Shown piece by piece: positions 18,758 to 29,335 of a stretch of 64,000 nucleotides of DNA. This stretch comes from a virus. The first letter of the stretch is position 1, and every line of letters starts with the position of its first letter. The stretch spans positions 48,940 to 112,939 of the IMG/VR virus record IMGVR_UViG_3300044878_000082; one strand, given 5' to 3'. A program made the position numbers and the translations under genes. Under the pieces are notes generated by a model. It searched no databases, had not been told where the DNA came from, and saw nothing but the letters and a program-made list of their open reading frames with translations.

Positions 18758-21616
18758 TTAAGTCCAACTCAGGGAGTCAGGGTCTGTCGGAGAACCCGTG
18801 GAGACCGGAATGGCGGAACCGACCGGCAGATTCGACACACGGTAGTTATCCAAACGGGTCACTTTGTTCACGTTGATCGAGGTGATCTTCGTGGCGTCAG
18901 TGATCACTTTACCGATGTACATGCACACACTTGATTCAGCTTGAACGGTCTGACTGATCTCGTATTGCGCAACCCCACCGATCAACTTAACGTAGATGTA
19001 GAACGTCTTGTTGGCGTAGGCTCCGAACATGGTGGACAAGTTCAGAGAGGTCGGTAGGAGGGTGAACGCTTGACCACTGAGCACCACCGGAGTGGCTTCC
19101 GTGAAGTACACCACCCAACCCTGTGACACGTCTTGCGACACCAACACCTTAAAGGAGGACTGTGGTGGGTTACCCGCCCACGCATCGAACTGGGCTTCTG
19201 TGGTACCAATCGGAGCAAACACTGACTTGGTCAAGTCGTCCGAGAAGTCCGTAGCCTCAACCCCACGCATCTGACCAAACCCGAGAGTCGGCGAAGCGTA
19301 GTAGTGATACGTACTGTGGCGCAGGGTGAAGCTGTTCGCCCCGAAGCCTTGGTTGAAGACGAACTGACCAGAGGTCTTGTTGTACTTAAACCGAAGGGAG
19401 AAGTTTGGCGAACTACCCGTCACCGACGTTTGTGGTAATGGGGTCAGACCGATCAAGAACGCGTTGGCAACCTCGTAGATGATCACACCACCCAACAACG
19501 GGATGTCGTTCTGGATGGTAGGAATCCCCGTACCGTAACCAGCGCCGACAATCACAAACTGTGGAGAGATCGTCCCTAGACTCAAGTCTGTAACCGCTTG
19601 GGCGTTACCACCGGTGATGGTGAACGGAACCACCCAAATACACGCCGTGTTATCCGCCAACAAAGCTGTCAGCAAACCGAACGGTTTCACCACGGTGTTC
19701 TGTGGTACGACCGCTTCGATGTACGTCGCTTTGGCACTACCGATACCCAATGCGGCAATAGCCAGCGTCTTGAGTTTCGTCAAGGCGGCTTGACTGATCG
19801 ACACAGCCCCTGAGGACGTGAAGTCGGGGTTTAGAACCTGTTTCCCCGATAACCGGTAGCCATCCATGAAACGTGCCCCAGAGAGCTTCACAGTGGCTCC
19901 TGAGACCTCCACCACTGGAGCATTAAAGATGTTGGGATCAACACCTTGGTCAGCCACAGTGCCCCGGACAGCAGAAGGACGGTAGCCAGAGAACGAACCA
20001 TTGTAGATCGACTGGTACGTGTAGGTCGGTGCAGCCTCGAGATCGGAGAATGCCAAACCTTCAGCAATCAGACCAGCCTTGTTCAGACCCACGGCACTGA
20101 TCATCATCCGGGTATCAGACATCGGAATCGGCCCCACCAACTGACCGCCAATCGCAGAACCGAAGTTGGCGGTCACGTTAACAGAAGCCATGTTCGCCAC
20201 CGTGTTCTGGAACGACTTCAGGGCTTCGTACTTGTTCGTCCAGTTGGTGATGTCCACTCGAGTCAGGGTCTGTTGACCAGCAATCTGACCCACTCGGAAT
20301 TGGAACAACTTCGGCCCACCTTGATAGCAGTTCGAGGCGTAACTGTTCCAAGGGAATGCTGTACCGTCAGCATAGTTCGCGGTGTTGAATACTGGGCCAG
20401 ACGGCACAATAGTAGTGCCGTTGTCGTTCACCTTGGATTGGGTGGTGAAGCCTGGGTCCAGTGAAGCCGTTTTAGTCGCAGGGTCAAACACCCAACTGAA
20501 CGTGATGTTCGTGTAGCACGCACGGGTGGCGTTGTTGAAGTACGTCATCCCGATTGCTTTCGTACGGATCTTCCCATCGGGTGCCACCGCAGAAACCAGA
20601 TAAGGAATCTCGTAGTGGAAAACGTTGGTTGCGAGGTACGTACCGGTCTCCATCAACACGAGGGGTTTGTCCGCCGCCACGTAGCTGGACAGCTTGTTAG
20701 CGAGGCGAATGGTCGCCTGTCCAGTAACCGTCCCGCTGAAACCGTTGACCGTAATACCAGTCACTTGAGTGTAAGTGACGTTACCGCCCGCTTGAATAGC
20801 CGCCACTGGAATCGTGTACACGGCGATGTCAAATGGGTCTTGGTTGGCACCGGCTGGGATAAACAGGTAGACGAAGGCTCCGGCCACCATGGCCTCACCG
20901 CGCCCAAGGTTGTTCCACGCCGCAACAGTGATAATCGCCCCAACATGTTCCCTGTCATCCAGTGTCCCGTTGGTCAACGAGATGAAGTAATCACCCAGCA
21001 CACCGTTGGCATCCTGAAGACGACCCATCACCACACTGTCACTACAGTTGATGATGTAAGCTGCTGTGGTACCGGCTGGGAAATACGTCGGTTGGTAACG
21101 ACGGTTGGTCTTGATCGGTTGGAGGTTCGCAGTGGTCAGGGCGTCCTTCAAGTAGGCATAGAAAGCACCGCGAGTAGAACCGTTACCACCGTTACGCAGG
21201 TACACCAACGTACCGTCATCCTCCAGCGCCATCGCTGTGTCTTTTGGAGACAGCAACGTAGTCCCGGATTCAAAGGAACCCGCAACACCAGCCGGCAGAT
21301 ACGACAGTGCCCCGTACCGACTGAGGGGTAGTAAACCCACCGGGATCAACGAGTTCACTTTGTCAGTGATCTCTGTCTGGCTGTACGCACCAGCCTGTGC
21401 GGCTGTAACCGTGTGAGGGTTATTGGTTAAACCGGCGTGGGCAGTCACCACACCTTTTGCTTGAGCCGATACCTCAGCAAAGGTCTTACCCTCCAGCTTC
21501 TGACTGTCATCCGCCAACAGGGTCGGAACTACTCGGCTGACAATCTTGTCTTTCGTGGTTGCCAAGAAAGCATCTAACGACGCCTTTAGGTCCAAGAGTT
21601 GTTGAGTCAGGCTCAT
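18758..21616 (-). CDS. Tail fibre/receptor-binding protein, phiKZ gp131 family (paralog 1)
   Basis: LPLSRYG, EDDGTLVYLRNG and C-terminal KVTRLDNYRVS...GSAIPVSTG. Confidence 0.8.
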   Translation of the reverse strand: MSLTQQLLDLKASLDAFLATTKDKIVSRVVPTLLADDSQKLEGKTFAEVSAQAKGVVTAHAGLTNNPHTVTAAQAGAYSQTEITDKVNSLIPVGLLPLSRYGALSYLPAGVAGSFESGTTLLSPKDTAMALEDDGTLVYLRNGGNGSTRGAFYAYLKDALTTANLQPIKTNRRYQPTYFPAGTTAAYIINCSDSVVMGRLQDANGVLGDYFISLTNGTLDDREHVGAIITVAAWNNLGRGEAMVAGAFVYLFIPAGANQDPFDIAVYTIPVAAIQAGGNVTYTQVTGITVNGFSGTVTGQATIRLANKLSSYVAADKPLVLMETGTYLATNVFHYEIPYLVSAVAPDGKIRTKAIGMTYFNNATRACYTNITFSWVFDPATKTASLDPGFTTQSKVNDNGTTIVPSGPVFNTANYADGTAFPWNSYASNCYQGGPKLFQFRVGQIAGQQTLTRVDITNWTNKYEALKSFQNTVANMASVNVTANFGSAIGGQLVGPIPMSDTRMMISAVGLNKAGLIAEGLAFSDLEAAPTYTYQSIYNGSFSGYRPSAVRGTVADQGVDPNIFNAPVVEVSGATVKLSGARFMDGYRLSGKQVLNPDFTSSGAVSISQAALTKLKTLAIAALGIGSAKATYIEAVVPQNTVVKPFGLLTALLADNTACIWVVPFTITGGNAQAVTDLSLGTISPQFVIVGAGYGTGIPTIQNDIPLLGGVIIYEVANAFLIGLTPLPQTSVTGSSPNFSLRFKYNKTSGQFVFNQGFGANSFTLRHSTYHYYASPTLGFGQMRGVEATDFSDDLTKSVFAPIGTTEAQFDAWAGNPPQSSFKVLVSQDVSQGWVVYFTEATPVVLSGQAFTLLPTSLNLSTMFGAYANKTFYIYVKLIGGVAQYEISQTVQAESSVCMYIGKVITDATKITSINVNKVTRLDNYRVSNLPVGSAIPVSTGSPTDPDSLSWT

Positions 21617-21630
21617 TTCGAAATCCTTGT

Positions 21631-21653
21631 AAGAAAAGGGGCCCGAAGGCCCC
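21631..21653 (-). terminator. Intrinsic terminator
   Basis: Minus strand GGGGCC-TTCG-GGCCCC-TTTTCTT. Confidence 0.75.
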
Positions 21654-21658
21654 AGTCG

Positions 21659-24541
21659 TTAAGACCAGCTCAGGGTAGCGGCTGCACTTGGTAGACCACT
21701 GCTGACTGGGATCGCTGAACCGCGCGATACGTTACTGAGACGGTAGGTGTCGAGACGAGTTACTTTGTCGATGTCGATCTCGGTAATGGCCGATGCACTG
21801 GTCTTGATGGTACCGATCCACATCACCGATTCCGACTCGTTCAACTTGGTGAGTGACAATCGGTACTGGGCGACACCCACCTGCACCGAGACGTACACGT
21901 AGAACGTCTTGTTGGTGTAGTTACCGGGGAACAACACCGACAGGTCGAACGAGGTGTTACTCAAGGTGAAACTACGCCCTGAGATAATCACCGGGACCGT
22001 GTCTGTGAAGTACACGATCCACCCTTCTGCCACGTCTTGGGAGACAATCACCACGGAGGTGTTCTCTGCTGCTGAGACCCAAGTCAAGAACTCGGCTTTG
22101 GTTTTAGCAACCTTACGCCAGATCAACTTGGTGTAATAGTCAGTGGCGTAAACGTTCCCCAGACCCAACAGAGGCATCGCCCCATAGCGAGTACCAACCT
22201 GCGACGTCCCTGCCGTACCACCACCTGCACCTTGGGTGCTGCCGTCACGGTTCACGAAGAAACGATAGGCCATGTAGTTGGAGCCGCTGGTCAGCGCATG
22301 GAGGTTCAGAGTTTCCCCTGCCACCATGAAACCTTCCGGCACTTCGTACATGTGGATGGAAGACGACCGGATGTTATCGGTGCTGTAACTAACGGACGAA
22401 CCGACGTTGATCCCGATGCTGTAGTTCAGGATCAACCCACCGTCAGTCATCGAGGCGATCGTACCCGTACGAGACGACAGGTTGACTTTGGTGATGAAGA
22501 ACCGACGGTTGTAGTCTTCCTCAACCACCATCGTTACAGCGTAAGGAATGGTTCCGGCTTTCTGTGGGATTACCAGCTCGATCGAAGACGTCTTGACTGT
22601 CTGTAACCCGTAAGTCGCAATGATCGTCGCCTTCAACGCCTGCAACTGCGCCAGCGTACAGTCCACCGTCCCCACTGTCGTGAAGTCAGCGTTGATATTG
22701 ATGGGACGAGACTGACGGAAGCTCTCAGACAGTACTGAACCCAAACAGGTGGTACCGTTGTCATCCACCTCGTTGATGCACCCACGGAACAGATCGTGTT
22801 CAGCAAGGTTCGGATAGGCTACCCGTTCAGTCCGAGGTTTGTACCCAGACAGTGTGCCGAACTTTACCGACTTGTAGGTCGAGTTGGGAGCCGCTGGCGC
22901 ACCTGACGGAGCGTAGCGGATCTTCACCAAGGATTGACCACCAGTCGAACGACGGCAGTAAACCATGGCTTGATTATCACCGAGTAGACGGAGGCTGTCA
23001 AACGAGTCCCCACACTCCGAACCGTACGACACCGGTATGCTGATACGTAGCGAAGACGATCGTGACACCAGCGGCACCTGAAGGGCATCAAAGACACTGG
23101 TGAACGACGACAACTGAGCACGGTGTAGGGTATCCAGATTCGCCGCACTGTAACTGACCGTACCGGTGAAGAACAACCCCGATTCAGTGAAATACGTCCG
23201 GTAGGAGTAGTCGAAGAGACTCGCCCCTTCCAAAATCCCCGTGGTGTCCCGAATGCCACCAGTAGACATCGCAATCGTACCGTCACCAGCCAACGTAAAC
23301 TCAAGCGGTTGACGACACGCTGGGTCGAGTGCAGCTTCTCCAGTCAGGATGTTGAAGGTAAAGCTGAGCAGGAACTTCATCGACTGAAGTCCTTTACCGG
23401 GAGCGCTGTAACGACCGTCCCAGTAACACAGCGTCCGCATGATGGTTTTGTCAGCGTTGAAAGCCGACTGGGTCATCATACGACCACTACCGGTCATGAT
23501 CCGCCCACCTTGGAAGTACGCGGTACCGTTGTTGTGGTAGACCAGTGCTGGTGTTCCCGGAGCGTTGGTGTCCGACACGTCGGCAAAACGAATCATCGCT
23601 GGGTCGTTGAACACAGCGTCCAAGAAGCCAGTGGACTGTCCGATGGTTACAGCTTCTGGTACCACGGTTTTACCCAGACCGAAGTCAGCGAGTTTCACGC
23701 GATACAACGTGTACGCAACTGGGTTCGAGAAGGCTGCCGATTCAGGACTTGGGGTGGCGAGCAAGTAAACGTAATCTTTACCGATCACACACTCACTGAC
23801 GTTCAGCTTGGCTTCTTCAGTAGCAGCCAAGAACACACCGGTATGTCCGGCAGCGTCCAGTGAACCATTGGTCAGAGCGATGAAGGCTTGACCTAAGGTG
23901 TCATTGGACTCCATGATACGTCCGGCCACCACACCCGTACCACCTTGGTAGATGTAGGCGACTTCCTGACCGATAGCTAAGAACGGAGGACGATAACGAG
24001 TACCCGTCACCACAATCTTCGCACCCACAAAGGTGCTGGCTGCTTTGGCGATGTAACCGTAGTATGCCCCGAGGACGGAACCGTTCGTACCGTTACGCAA
24101 GAAGACGAGTGTGCCGTTGTCTTCGAGTTGGAAGCTGTATTGCTCCCGTTGGTTGATCGCACCAGTACCAGTGTCTTTAACAGTCGTGGCACCTTCGAAG
24201 GAACCTGACACACCCACCGGCAGGTAATCCAGTGAACCAAAGCGAGAGATTGGGAGAATCCCCTGAGGGATAATCTTGTTCAGCAACGCGTCCGATTCGG
24301 CAATGGTGAACGTGCCGATACTGGCAGCCGTTTCACCGTGCGGGTTGTCTTTACGACCGGTGTGTCCCGTAACAGTGGGAGCAACATCAGCGTTAAGCTC
24401 TGCGGGAGTCTTACCTCCCAACTTTGTGGCGTTGTCTGCCAGCGAGGACAGATTGGTCTTCTTCTTAATAGCAGTCACCAGCACCGGGTAGTACGTGTTG
24501 ATTGACGTGCTCAGAGACGCAATGAGGGAGGCGATAGACAT
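21659..24541 (-). CDS. Tail fibre/receptor-binding protein, gp131 family (paralog 2)
   Basis: Start MSIASL at 24541; LPISRFG, EDNGTLVFLRNG, KVTRLDTYRLS...GSAIPVSSG. Confidence 0.8.
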   Translation of the reverse strand: MSIASLIASLSTSINTYYPVLVTAIKKKTNLSSLADNATKLGGKTPAELNADVAPTVTGHTGRKDNPHGETAASIGTFTIAESDALLNKIIPQGILPISRFGSLDYLPVGVSGSFEGATTVKDTGTGAINQREQYSFQLEDNGTLVFLRNGTNGSVLGAYYGYIAKAASTFVGAKIVVTGTRYRPPFLAIGQEVAYIYQGGTGVVAGRIMESNDTLGQAFIALTNGSLDAAGHTGVFLAATEEAKLNVSECVIGKDYVYLLATPSPESAAFSNPVAYTLYRVKLADFGLGKTVVPEAVTIGQSTGFLDAVFNDPAMIRFADVSDTNAPGTPALVYHNNGTAYFQGGRIMTGSGRMMTQSAFNADKTIMRTLCYWDGRYSAPGKGLQSMKFLLSFTFNILTGEAALDPACRQPLEFTLAGDGTIAMSTGGIRDTTGILEGASLFDYSYRTYFTESGLFFTGTVSYSAANLDTLHRAQLSSFTSVFDALQVPLVSRSSSLRISIPVSYGSECGDSFDSLRLLGDNQAMVYCRRSTGGQSLVKIRYAPSGAPAAPNSTYKSVKFGTLSGYKPRTERVAYPNLAEHDLFRGCINEVDDNGTTCLGSVLSESFRQSRPININADFTTVGTVDCTLAQLQALKATIIATYGLQTVKTSSIELVIPQKAGTIPYAVTMVVEEDYNRRFFITKVNLSSRTGTIASMTDGGLILNYSIGINVGSSVSYSTDNIRSSSIHMYEVPEGFMVAGETLNLHALTSGSNYMAYRFFVNRDGSTQGAGGGTAGTSQVGTRYGAMPLLGLGNVYATDYYTKLIWRKVAKTKAEFLTWVSAAENTSVVIVSQDVAEGWIVYFTDTVPVIISGRSFTLSNTSFDLSVLFPGNYTNKTFYVYVSVQVGVAQYRLSLTKLNESESVMWIGTIKTSASAITEIDIDKVTRLDTYRLSNVSRGSAIPVSSGLPSAAATLSWS

Positions 24542-24560
24542 GAGGAGATTCCTAAATAAA

Positions 24561-25271
24561 CTACGTAGACCATGCCAAGGTGGCAGGTGCATCCGGTGTA
24601 CCGTTGGAGACTGGGATGGCCGAACCAATCGGTAGGTTGGAGACACGGAAGGTATCCAAGCGCGTCACCTTTTTCAGAGTGACCGTCGCAATGGTACTGG
24701 TGCCCGTTGTGAGGGTCCCGAGGTACATGTTGGTGATCGTCTCAGCAATCTGCGAGGCCGAGATCAACAGACTTGGCACCCCACCGATCAGACGAACGTA
24801 AACATAGAACGTACGGTTAGCGTACGCTCCAGGGAACAGAGTAGACATGTCGACCGAGATTACCGGTAGGGTGTATGCACCACCAGCCATGATCAACGGG
24901 ATAGCTGCCGTTGTACTGAACACCCACCCTAAGAAAGAGGTGGGGACGGGAGCAGTGTCTAGCGTTCCGAAACGACTGATCGGAAGAATCCCTGAAGGGA
25001 GCAGGAGATTGAATACAGCGTCGAACCCAGCTTGATCGTAAGCGCCCACTTGGGCTGCGGTTACGGTGTGGGGGTTCGCTTTGTTGCTAGCGTGAGTGGC
25101 CAGTGCGGTAGTGGCATCACTAACAGCTTGAGCTAATGTACGACCATTGAGCTTTGAGGAATTCTGCGACTGGAAGGACGCGGCGGTCTTCTTACCCAAG
25201 GCAGTCACAATCTCCGCATAGAACTGGTTAATCTGGTTGGTCAACGCGTTGAGTACGGTTGCGAGGCTCAT
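24561..25271 (-). CDS. Short gp131-family paralog lacking the central domain
   Basis: 236 aa; LPISRFG joined almost directly to the C-terminal KVTRLDTFRVS...GSAIPVSNG domain. Confidence 0.8.
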   Translation of the reverse strand: MSLATVLNALTNQINQFYAEIVTALGKKTAASFQSQNSSKLNGRTLAQAVSDATTALATHASNKANPHTVTAAQVGAYDQAGFDAVFNLLLPSGILPISRFGTLDTAPVPTSFLGWVFSTTAAIPLIMAGGAYTLPVISVDMSTLFPGAYANRTFYVYVRLIGGVPSLLISASQIAETITNMYLGTLTTGTSTIATVTLKKVTRLDTFRVSNLPIGSAIPVSNGTPDAPATLAWST

Positions 25272-25312
25272 GGGAGAGTCCTTGTGTAGAGTGGAACATA
25301 AAAACAACTATC

Positions 25313-25342
25313 AGGGTTATCGGGGTTTCGCCCGATAACCCT
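25313..25342 (-). terminator. Terminator-like hairpin
   Basis: AGGGTTATCGGG-GTTTCG-CCCGATAACCCT immediately after the 778-aa fibre stop codon. Confidence 0.7.
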
Positions 25343-25347
25343 TTAAG

Positions 25348-27684
25348 TTATCCGATTGCTTGAAGTGCTGCGGTTGCTGAGGTAAACGAGGTGGTCAGAG
25401 TGGTCACCAGAGTTTCGATGTCAGCAGTGTTACCCGCTACCGGAATGACTACAGAGCCAGCCGGTTGAGTGGTCATCACAGTCGCCGTTTTGTCGATAGT
25501 GATGTAGTCTTTACCTGACACTACAGTCAGGGTGGTCGTAGCGAACTTAGCGTTCGTTTTGTACCACAGACGGAACACGCCAGCCACTTTGGTGTACATC
25601 AGTTCCAAGTTGCTCACGTTACCCGACAGGATCGTTACCGACGCACCGAGGTCGACTGGGTCGATGTTGATGATACCGGTCACGCTCTGGTTGTTTGCAC
25701 TCACCAGACCGTTGAACATCACCGTCATGTCTTCGGTGTCACCGGCTTGCGGCGACGCCATCATGATTGGAACCCACTTGTACGTGGCATCGTTTGCCAG
25801 CACGTAGTTAGGCACCAGCAACTGACGGGTGTACGGAATCAAAATCTCAGCGTAGCTAACAACCTGATCCAGCGAACGACCTTCCAGTTGGTTGGCGTTA
25901 TCCACACCGGCAATCTGAATCGACTGCACGATTTCGTCCAACGTCTTACCAGCCAGCTTGAACGAGTTGGCTACACCGGCAGCGTCAATCTCGGCGTAGA
26001 TCTGGGCAAGCGAACGACCTTCGAGCTTGAAGCTGTCAGCCGCTTTCTGCGCTTGTGCAGCAGTCAGGGTTTGCTGGTAGGTGTGACCTTCCAACAGAGC
26101 CGAGTCCGCAGCTTGAGCAGTCTTGTCCAACTTGGCCAAGAACTTGGTGTCCAGTGTCCCCGAGGTGTACGTACCAACTTGAGCAGCCGTCACTGCGTGC
26201 GGGTTGTTCTTATCACCAACGTGGGCGGTGAAGTCCGTCAGAACCCATTCGTCGATGGCAGACTTAACCAACAGTGGGGTCATATAACGAATGTTACTGG
26301 TACCCGCTTGTGCTTCAGCGACGCTGGCAATCGAGTAGTTCTGAACGACGCTCAACCCAACCTGTGCTTTCGTCACAGCGTGCGGGTTGTTGTTGTCGGA
26401 CAAGTGAGCCCCGATAGAACCACTGGCCAACGCCTCGATCGCTTTACGGGTCATCAACGCCGTCATGTAGACCGTGTTGCTCAGACCTGCTTCTGCTTCG
26501 GTTTGTGTGGCGATCAGATAGTTCTGAACGTTACCCAAACCTACCTGAGCCTTGGTGGTCAAGTGAGGGTTGTTGGTCGCATTGATGTGCAAGTCCATCG
26601 AGTCTTTTACCAAGACCTGAATCTGCTTTGCAGTCATCAACGGGGTCATGTAACGGTCGTTACGAGAAGCAGCTTCTGCTTCCGCCACGTTCGCCAACGG
26701 CCAGTTCTCCACAGACCCCAAACCAACTTGTGCTTTGGTAGTGCTGTGTGGGTTGTTCAAGTCCGCCAAGTGCGTCGCCAACCCAGCATTCGCCAACGCA
26801 ACAATTGCTTGCTTGGTTTGCAATGGGGTCATGTACTTGTTGGAGACGGCACCCGCTTCGGCTTCGGCTTGGGTAGCCACACCGTAGTTCAGAACTGAAC
26901 CCAACCCGACCTGCGCCTTAGTTACGGCGTGTGGGTTGTTCAAGTCGTTGCGGTGTGTGTCCAGCAACGGAACCATGTAGGAGTCAACGAAGTTCTTGGT
27001 GCGAACAGGCGTCATGTAGCGAGTGTTCAGAGAACCCGCTTGGGCCTCGGAAATGTTCGCCAACGGGAAGTTCTGAACTTGGTCAAGACCGACTTGGTCT
27101 TTCGTTACCGAGTGAGGGTTGGCTTTGTCTGCAATGTGCTGGGCAAAGTTGCTGCCTGCCGAATCGCGGATAGCCACCGTCATGTCGTTCAGGATGGGGA
27201 TCAGATCATCCACACCTCTGAGGTCATCGAGGTCCCACTGGTGGTCGATCGGGGGGAACTGGTATGGAACATCAACCACTTCTTCCCACGTCGTGATTCG
27301 AGGGTTCGTTTGGGTATTCGTCAGACGGGTGAGGTCAGACGAGGTATCCAGAATCCAATCACCACCGATGGTTTGATAGCTGATCTCGAGAACGCCCGTG
27401 AGGGTTTTGTCGAGCATCGTAATCGAACCGTACACTCGCCGAGCCACGCCGTGTGAAGCTGCGTGGAAGTAGTGAGTGCAATGGTAATCCTTACCTTCGA
27501 CGAGGAGCTTACCCGATGGACGATGGATAACGCGCAACGAGTCCCGGAAGTAAGGGGCTTGCTTAGGGACTATGAAGTAAAAGTCCTTCCATGCCGGTGG
27601 AGACAGGACGTGTCGCTCGTTAGCAACAGCGTTCGATGTCGCCGAACCGGTAGGGTCAAAAGGGTAAGTATAGGTTTGCGCCAT
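25348..27684 (-). CDS. Tail fibre protein (phiKZ gp145/146-like) with NPH repeats
   Basis: YPFDPTG start after AGGAG; six NPH motifs; four S/AxxLEG-like repeats; C-terminal helix. Confidence 0.85.
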   Translation of the reverse strand: MAQTYTYPFDPTGSATSNAVANERHVLSPPAWKDFYFIVPKQAPYFRDSLRVIHRPSGKLLVEGKDYHCTHYFHAASHGVARRVYGSITMLDKTLTGVLEISYQTIGGDWILDTSSDLTRLTNTQTNPRITTWEEVVDVPYQFPPIDHQWDLDDLRGVDDLIPILNDMTVAIRDSAGSNFAQHIADKANPHSVTKDQVGLDQVQNFPLANISEAQAGSLNTRYMTPVRTKNFVDSYMVPLLDTHRNDLNNPHAVTKAQVGLGSVLNYGVATQAEAEAGAVSNKYMTPLQTKQAIVALANAGLATHLADLNNPHSTTKAQVGLGSVENWPLANVAEAEAASRNDRYMTPLMTAKQIQVLVKDSMDLHINATNNPHLTTKAQVGLGNVQNYLIATQTEAEAGLSNTVYMTALMTRKAIEALASGSIGAHLSDNNNPHAVTKAQVGLSVVQNYSIASVAEAQAGTSNIRYMTPLLVKSAIDEWVLTDFTAHVGDKNNPHAVTAAQVGTYTSGTLDTKFLAKLDKTAQAADSALLEGHTYQQTLTAAQAQKAADSFKLEGRSLAQIYAEIDAAGVANSFKLAGKTLDEIVQSIQIAGVDNANQLEGRSLDQVVSYAEILIPYTRQLLVPNYVLANDATYKWVPIMMASPQAGDTEDMTVMFNGLVSANNQSVTGIINIDPVDLGASVTILSGNVSNLELMYTKVAGVFRLWYKTNAKFATTTLTVVSGKDYITIDKTATVMTTQPAGSVVIPVAGNTADIETLVTTLTTSFTSATAALQAIG

Positions 27685-27787
27685 ACCGTTGACTCCTGTT
27701 AAAACAGCGAATGTTATAGTTGCCTGTAAAAGAATACGCACCATACTATTACCCGGCTCGTGTTCCGCCCTTCAAGAGAATTTAGCC

Positions 27788-29032
27788 ATGTACTCACTCG
27801 TAAAATCGTTAGCCAGAACGCGTGGTCGTACTGGTAGTTGGTCAGAAGTTGATCTTTCAGAGATGGATGTCTTCAAGCTCTGGACAGATTACTCTCGGAT
27901 CTACTTGATCTTGACCAACCCAGTGGTTGTTGGACAGGTGTCGTTGGACTTGGATGAAGTCCGCAGTCGCATCACTCTGGTACGTCCGGGCACTACGGTA
28001 ACGCAATGGTTGGCCGGGTTGGGGAATCAATCTCTTCCCACTTCCAATGTGATCCCAGCGATCAAACCGAAGTACGTTCAGTACCGTGACGCAGTGCAAG
28101 CTGGTTACAGCCTGATGCCGATTCACCGCACTATTGCTCCGGGTAACGACGTTGCACCGATTGACCGGACTGACTTGCTGTTGACCAAACCAGAGCTGGA
28201 CTACCAAGAGTTCTTCGAGAACTGTGTAGTGGACGTTAACGGTCTACTCCACTACTCGGACTACGACTCCCACGGTATCCACGTTTACGGGGCGGGTTCG
28301 ACTGGCCGGATCAGTAATGACAACCACGTTGGTGTACTGAACTTCAAAGCCCTCGGTGGGGTGCGGTGTATTCCAATCACGGAAGACATGATCACTGCGG
28401 GCGGTACGGTAGCCGAACTCAACATCAACGCCATTATCTCCACGGAAGAATCATTCGTGGGTAAGACGGTGATGTTCAGCTTCATGGGTTACTTGCTCCC
28501 GATGGAGCGTGCGTTCCGTCGGATTGGGGACTCGAGCTTCAGTCTGGACTTGCGCAACCAGATTGTGGCTGACTGGTTCTTTGACGCTAAGCGTTCACTC
28601 GACCTGACCACTGTGGAAAACCACCTGACCTACAAGAACGGTGGTTACGACCAAATCGGACTGGATGAGTTCTCCAGTGACGCAGTGGTGAAAGCGTTGT
28701 TGACTCTGCCACAGTCTTTCCTGATTGTGATCAACAACAACGACGTCTACGTCGACCGTGAACAGTTGGGTGTGACACAGACACCTGATCGTTACTTCAC
28801 TCAGACCAAACCTATCTGGCCAGTGATCTTCGGTAAAGGTCGGATCTTCGACTACTGGTCGATCCGGGAAGGGGACACTTACGTTCTGGCTGGTGCTGAC
28901 AACCAACGCCCAGAGTACAACTTTGAAACCACGGACTGGGGACTGGGGACTTCGATTGACAACACGCAGTCGACAATCAATCCTTTCCGGTTCTCCAAGG
29001 CGTACTTCCTGAAGATCGGTTCTGACATGTGA
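27788..29032 (+). CDS. Virion structural protein (phiKZ-like conserved)
   Basis: NCVVDVNGLLH and LTLPQSFLI motifs; adjacent to the spike genes. Confidence 0.65.
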   Translation: MYSLVKSLARTRGRTGSWSEVDLSEMDVFKLWTDYSRIYLILTNPVVVGQVSLDLDEVRSRITLVRPGTTVTQWLAGLGNQSLPTSNVIPAIKPKYVQYRDAVQAGYSLMPIHRTIAPGNDVAPIDRTDLLLTKPELDYQEFFENCVVDVNGLLHYSDYDSHGIHVYGAGSTGRISNDNHVGVLNFKALGGVRCIPITEDMITAGGTVAELNINAIISTEESFVGKTVMFSFMGYLLPMERAFRRIGDSSFSLDLRNQIVADWFFDAKRSLDLTTVENHLTYKNGGYDQIGLDEFSSDAVVKALLTLPQSFLIVINNNDVYVDREQLGVTQTPDRYFTQTKPIWPVIFGKGRIFDYWSIREGDTYVLAGADNQRPEYNFETTDWGLGTSIDNTQSTINPFRFSKAYFLKIGSDM

Positions 29033-29071
29033 CGGCATACAGCGGGAGGCTTTCGGGCCTCCCGCTATGCG
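29032..29071. terminator. Bidirectional hairpin with GGCATA/TATGC flanks
   Basis: ACGGCATAC-AGCGGGAGGC-TTTCGG-GCCTCCCGCT-ATGCG between convergent genes. Confidence 0.8.
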
Positions 29072-29335
29072 CTATTCAATCGACCACGTACCGTGACCTG
29101 TTGCTGAGTCACCACAACTGGCGTGATTACCGGCTCTAACCACCGGGATACCGTTCCAAGTCATCCACCCCGAACCCTCAACCATCTTAGGGCCTGCGTG
29201 AGCGCCTGTACCGTGTCCTGCGACGTCATCACCTAACAGGGATACCTTTGCACCATCTAAGGTGAAGTTGGCTGCTCCCGGCCCTGTGATCACTCCGCCT
29301 GCGGTGGCGATACCTACTTGAGAAATACCTGGCAT
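29072..29335 (-). CDS. PAAR-domain spike tip protein
   Basis: GAKVSLLGD..AGHG..AH, EGS....NGIPVVRAG..ASCG; ATG overlaps the spike stop codon. Confidence 0.9.
   Translation of the reverse strand: MPGISQVGIATAGGVITGPGAANFTLDGAKVSLLGDDVAGHGTGAHAGPKMVEGSGWMTWNGIPVVRAGNHASCGDSATGHGTWSIE

Noticed and set aside
18758-25271. Diversity-generating retroelement or shufflon acting on similar fibre C-termini
   Set aside because: Similarity is protein-level rather than near-identical DNA with A-specific differences; no reverse transcriptase or invertase is in the window, and all genes are co-oriented.
14400-27200. NPH...KAQVGL repeats as a novel element
   Set aside because: These are well-known phage fibre shaft repeats.
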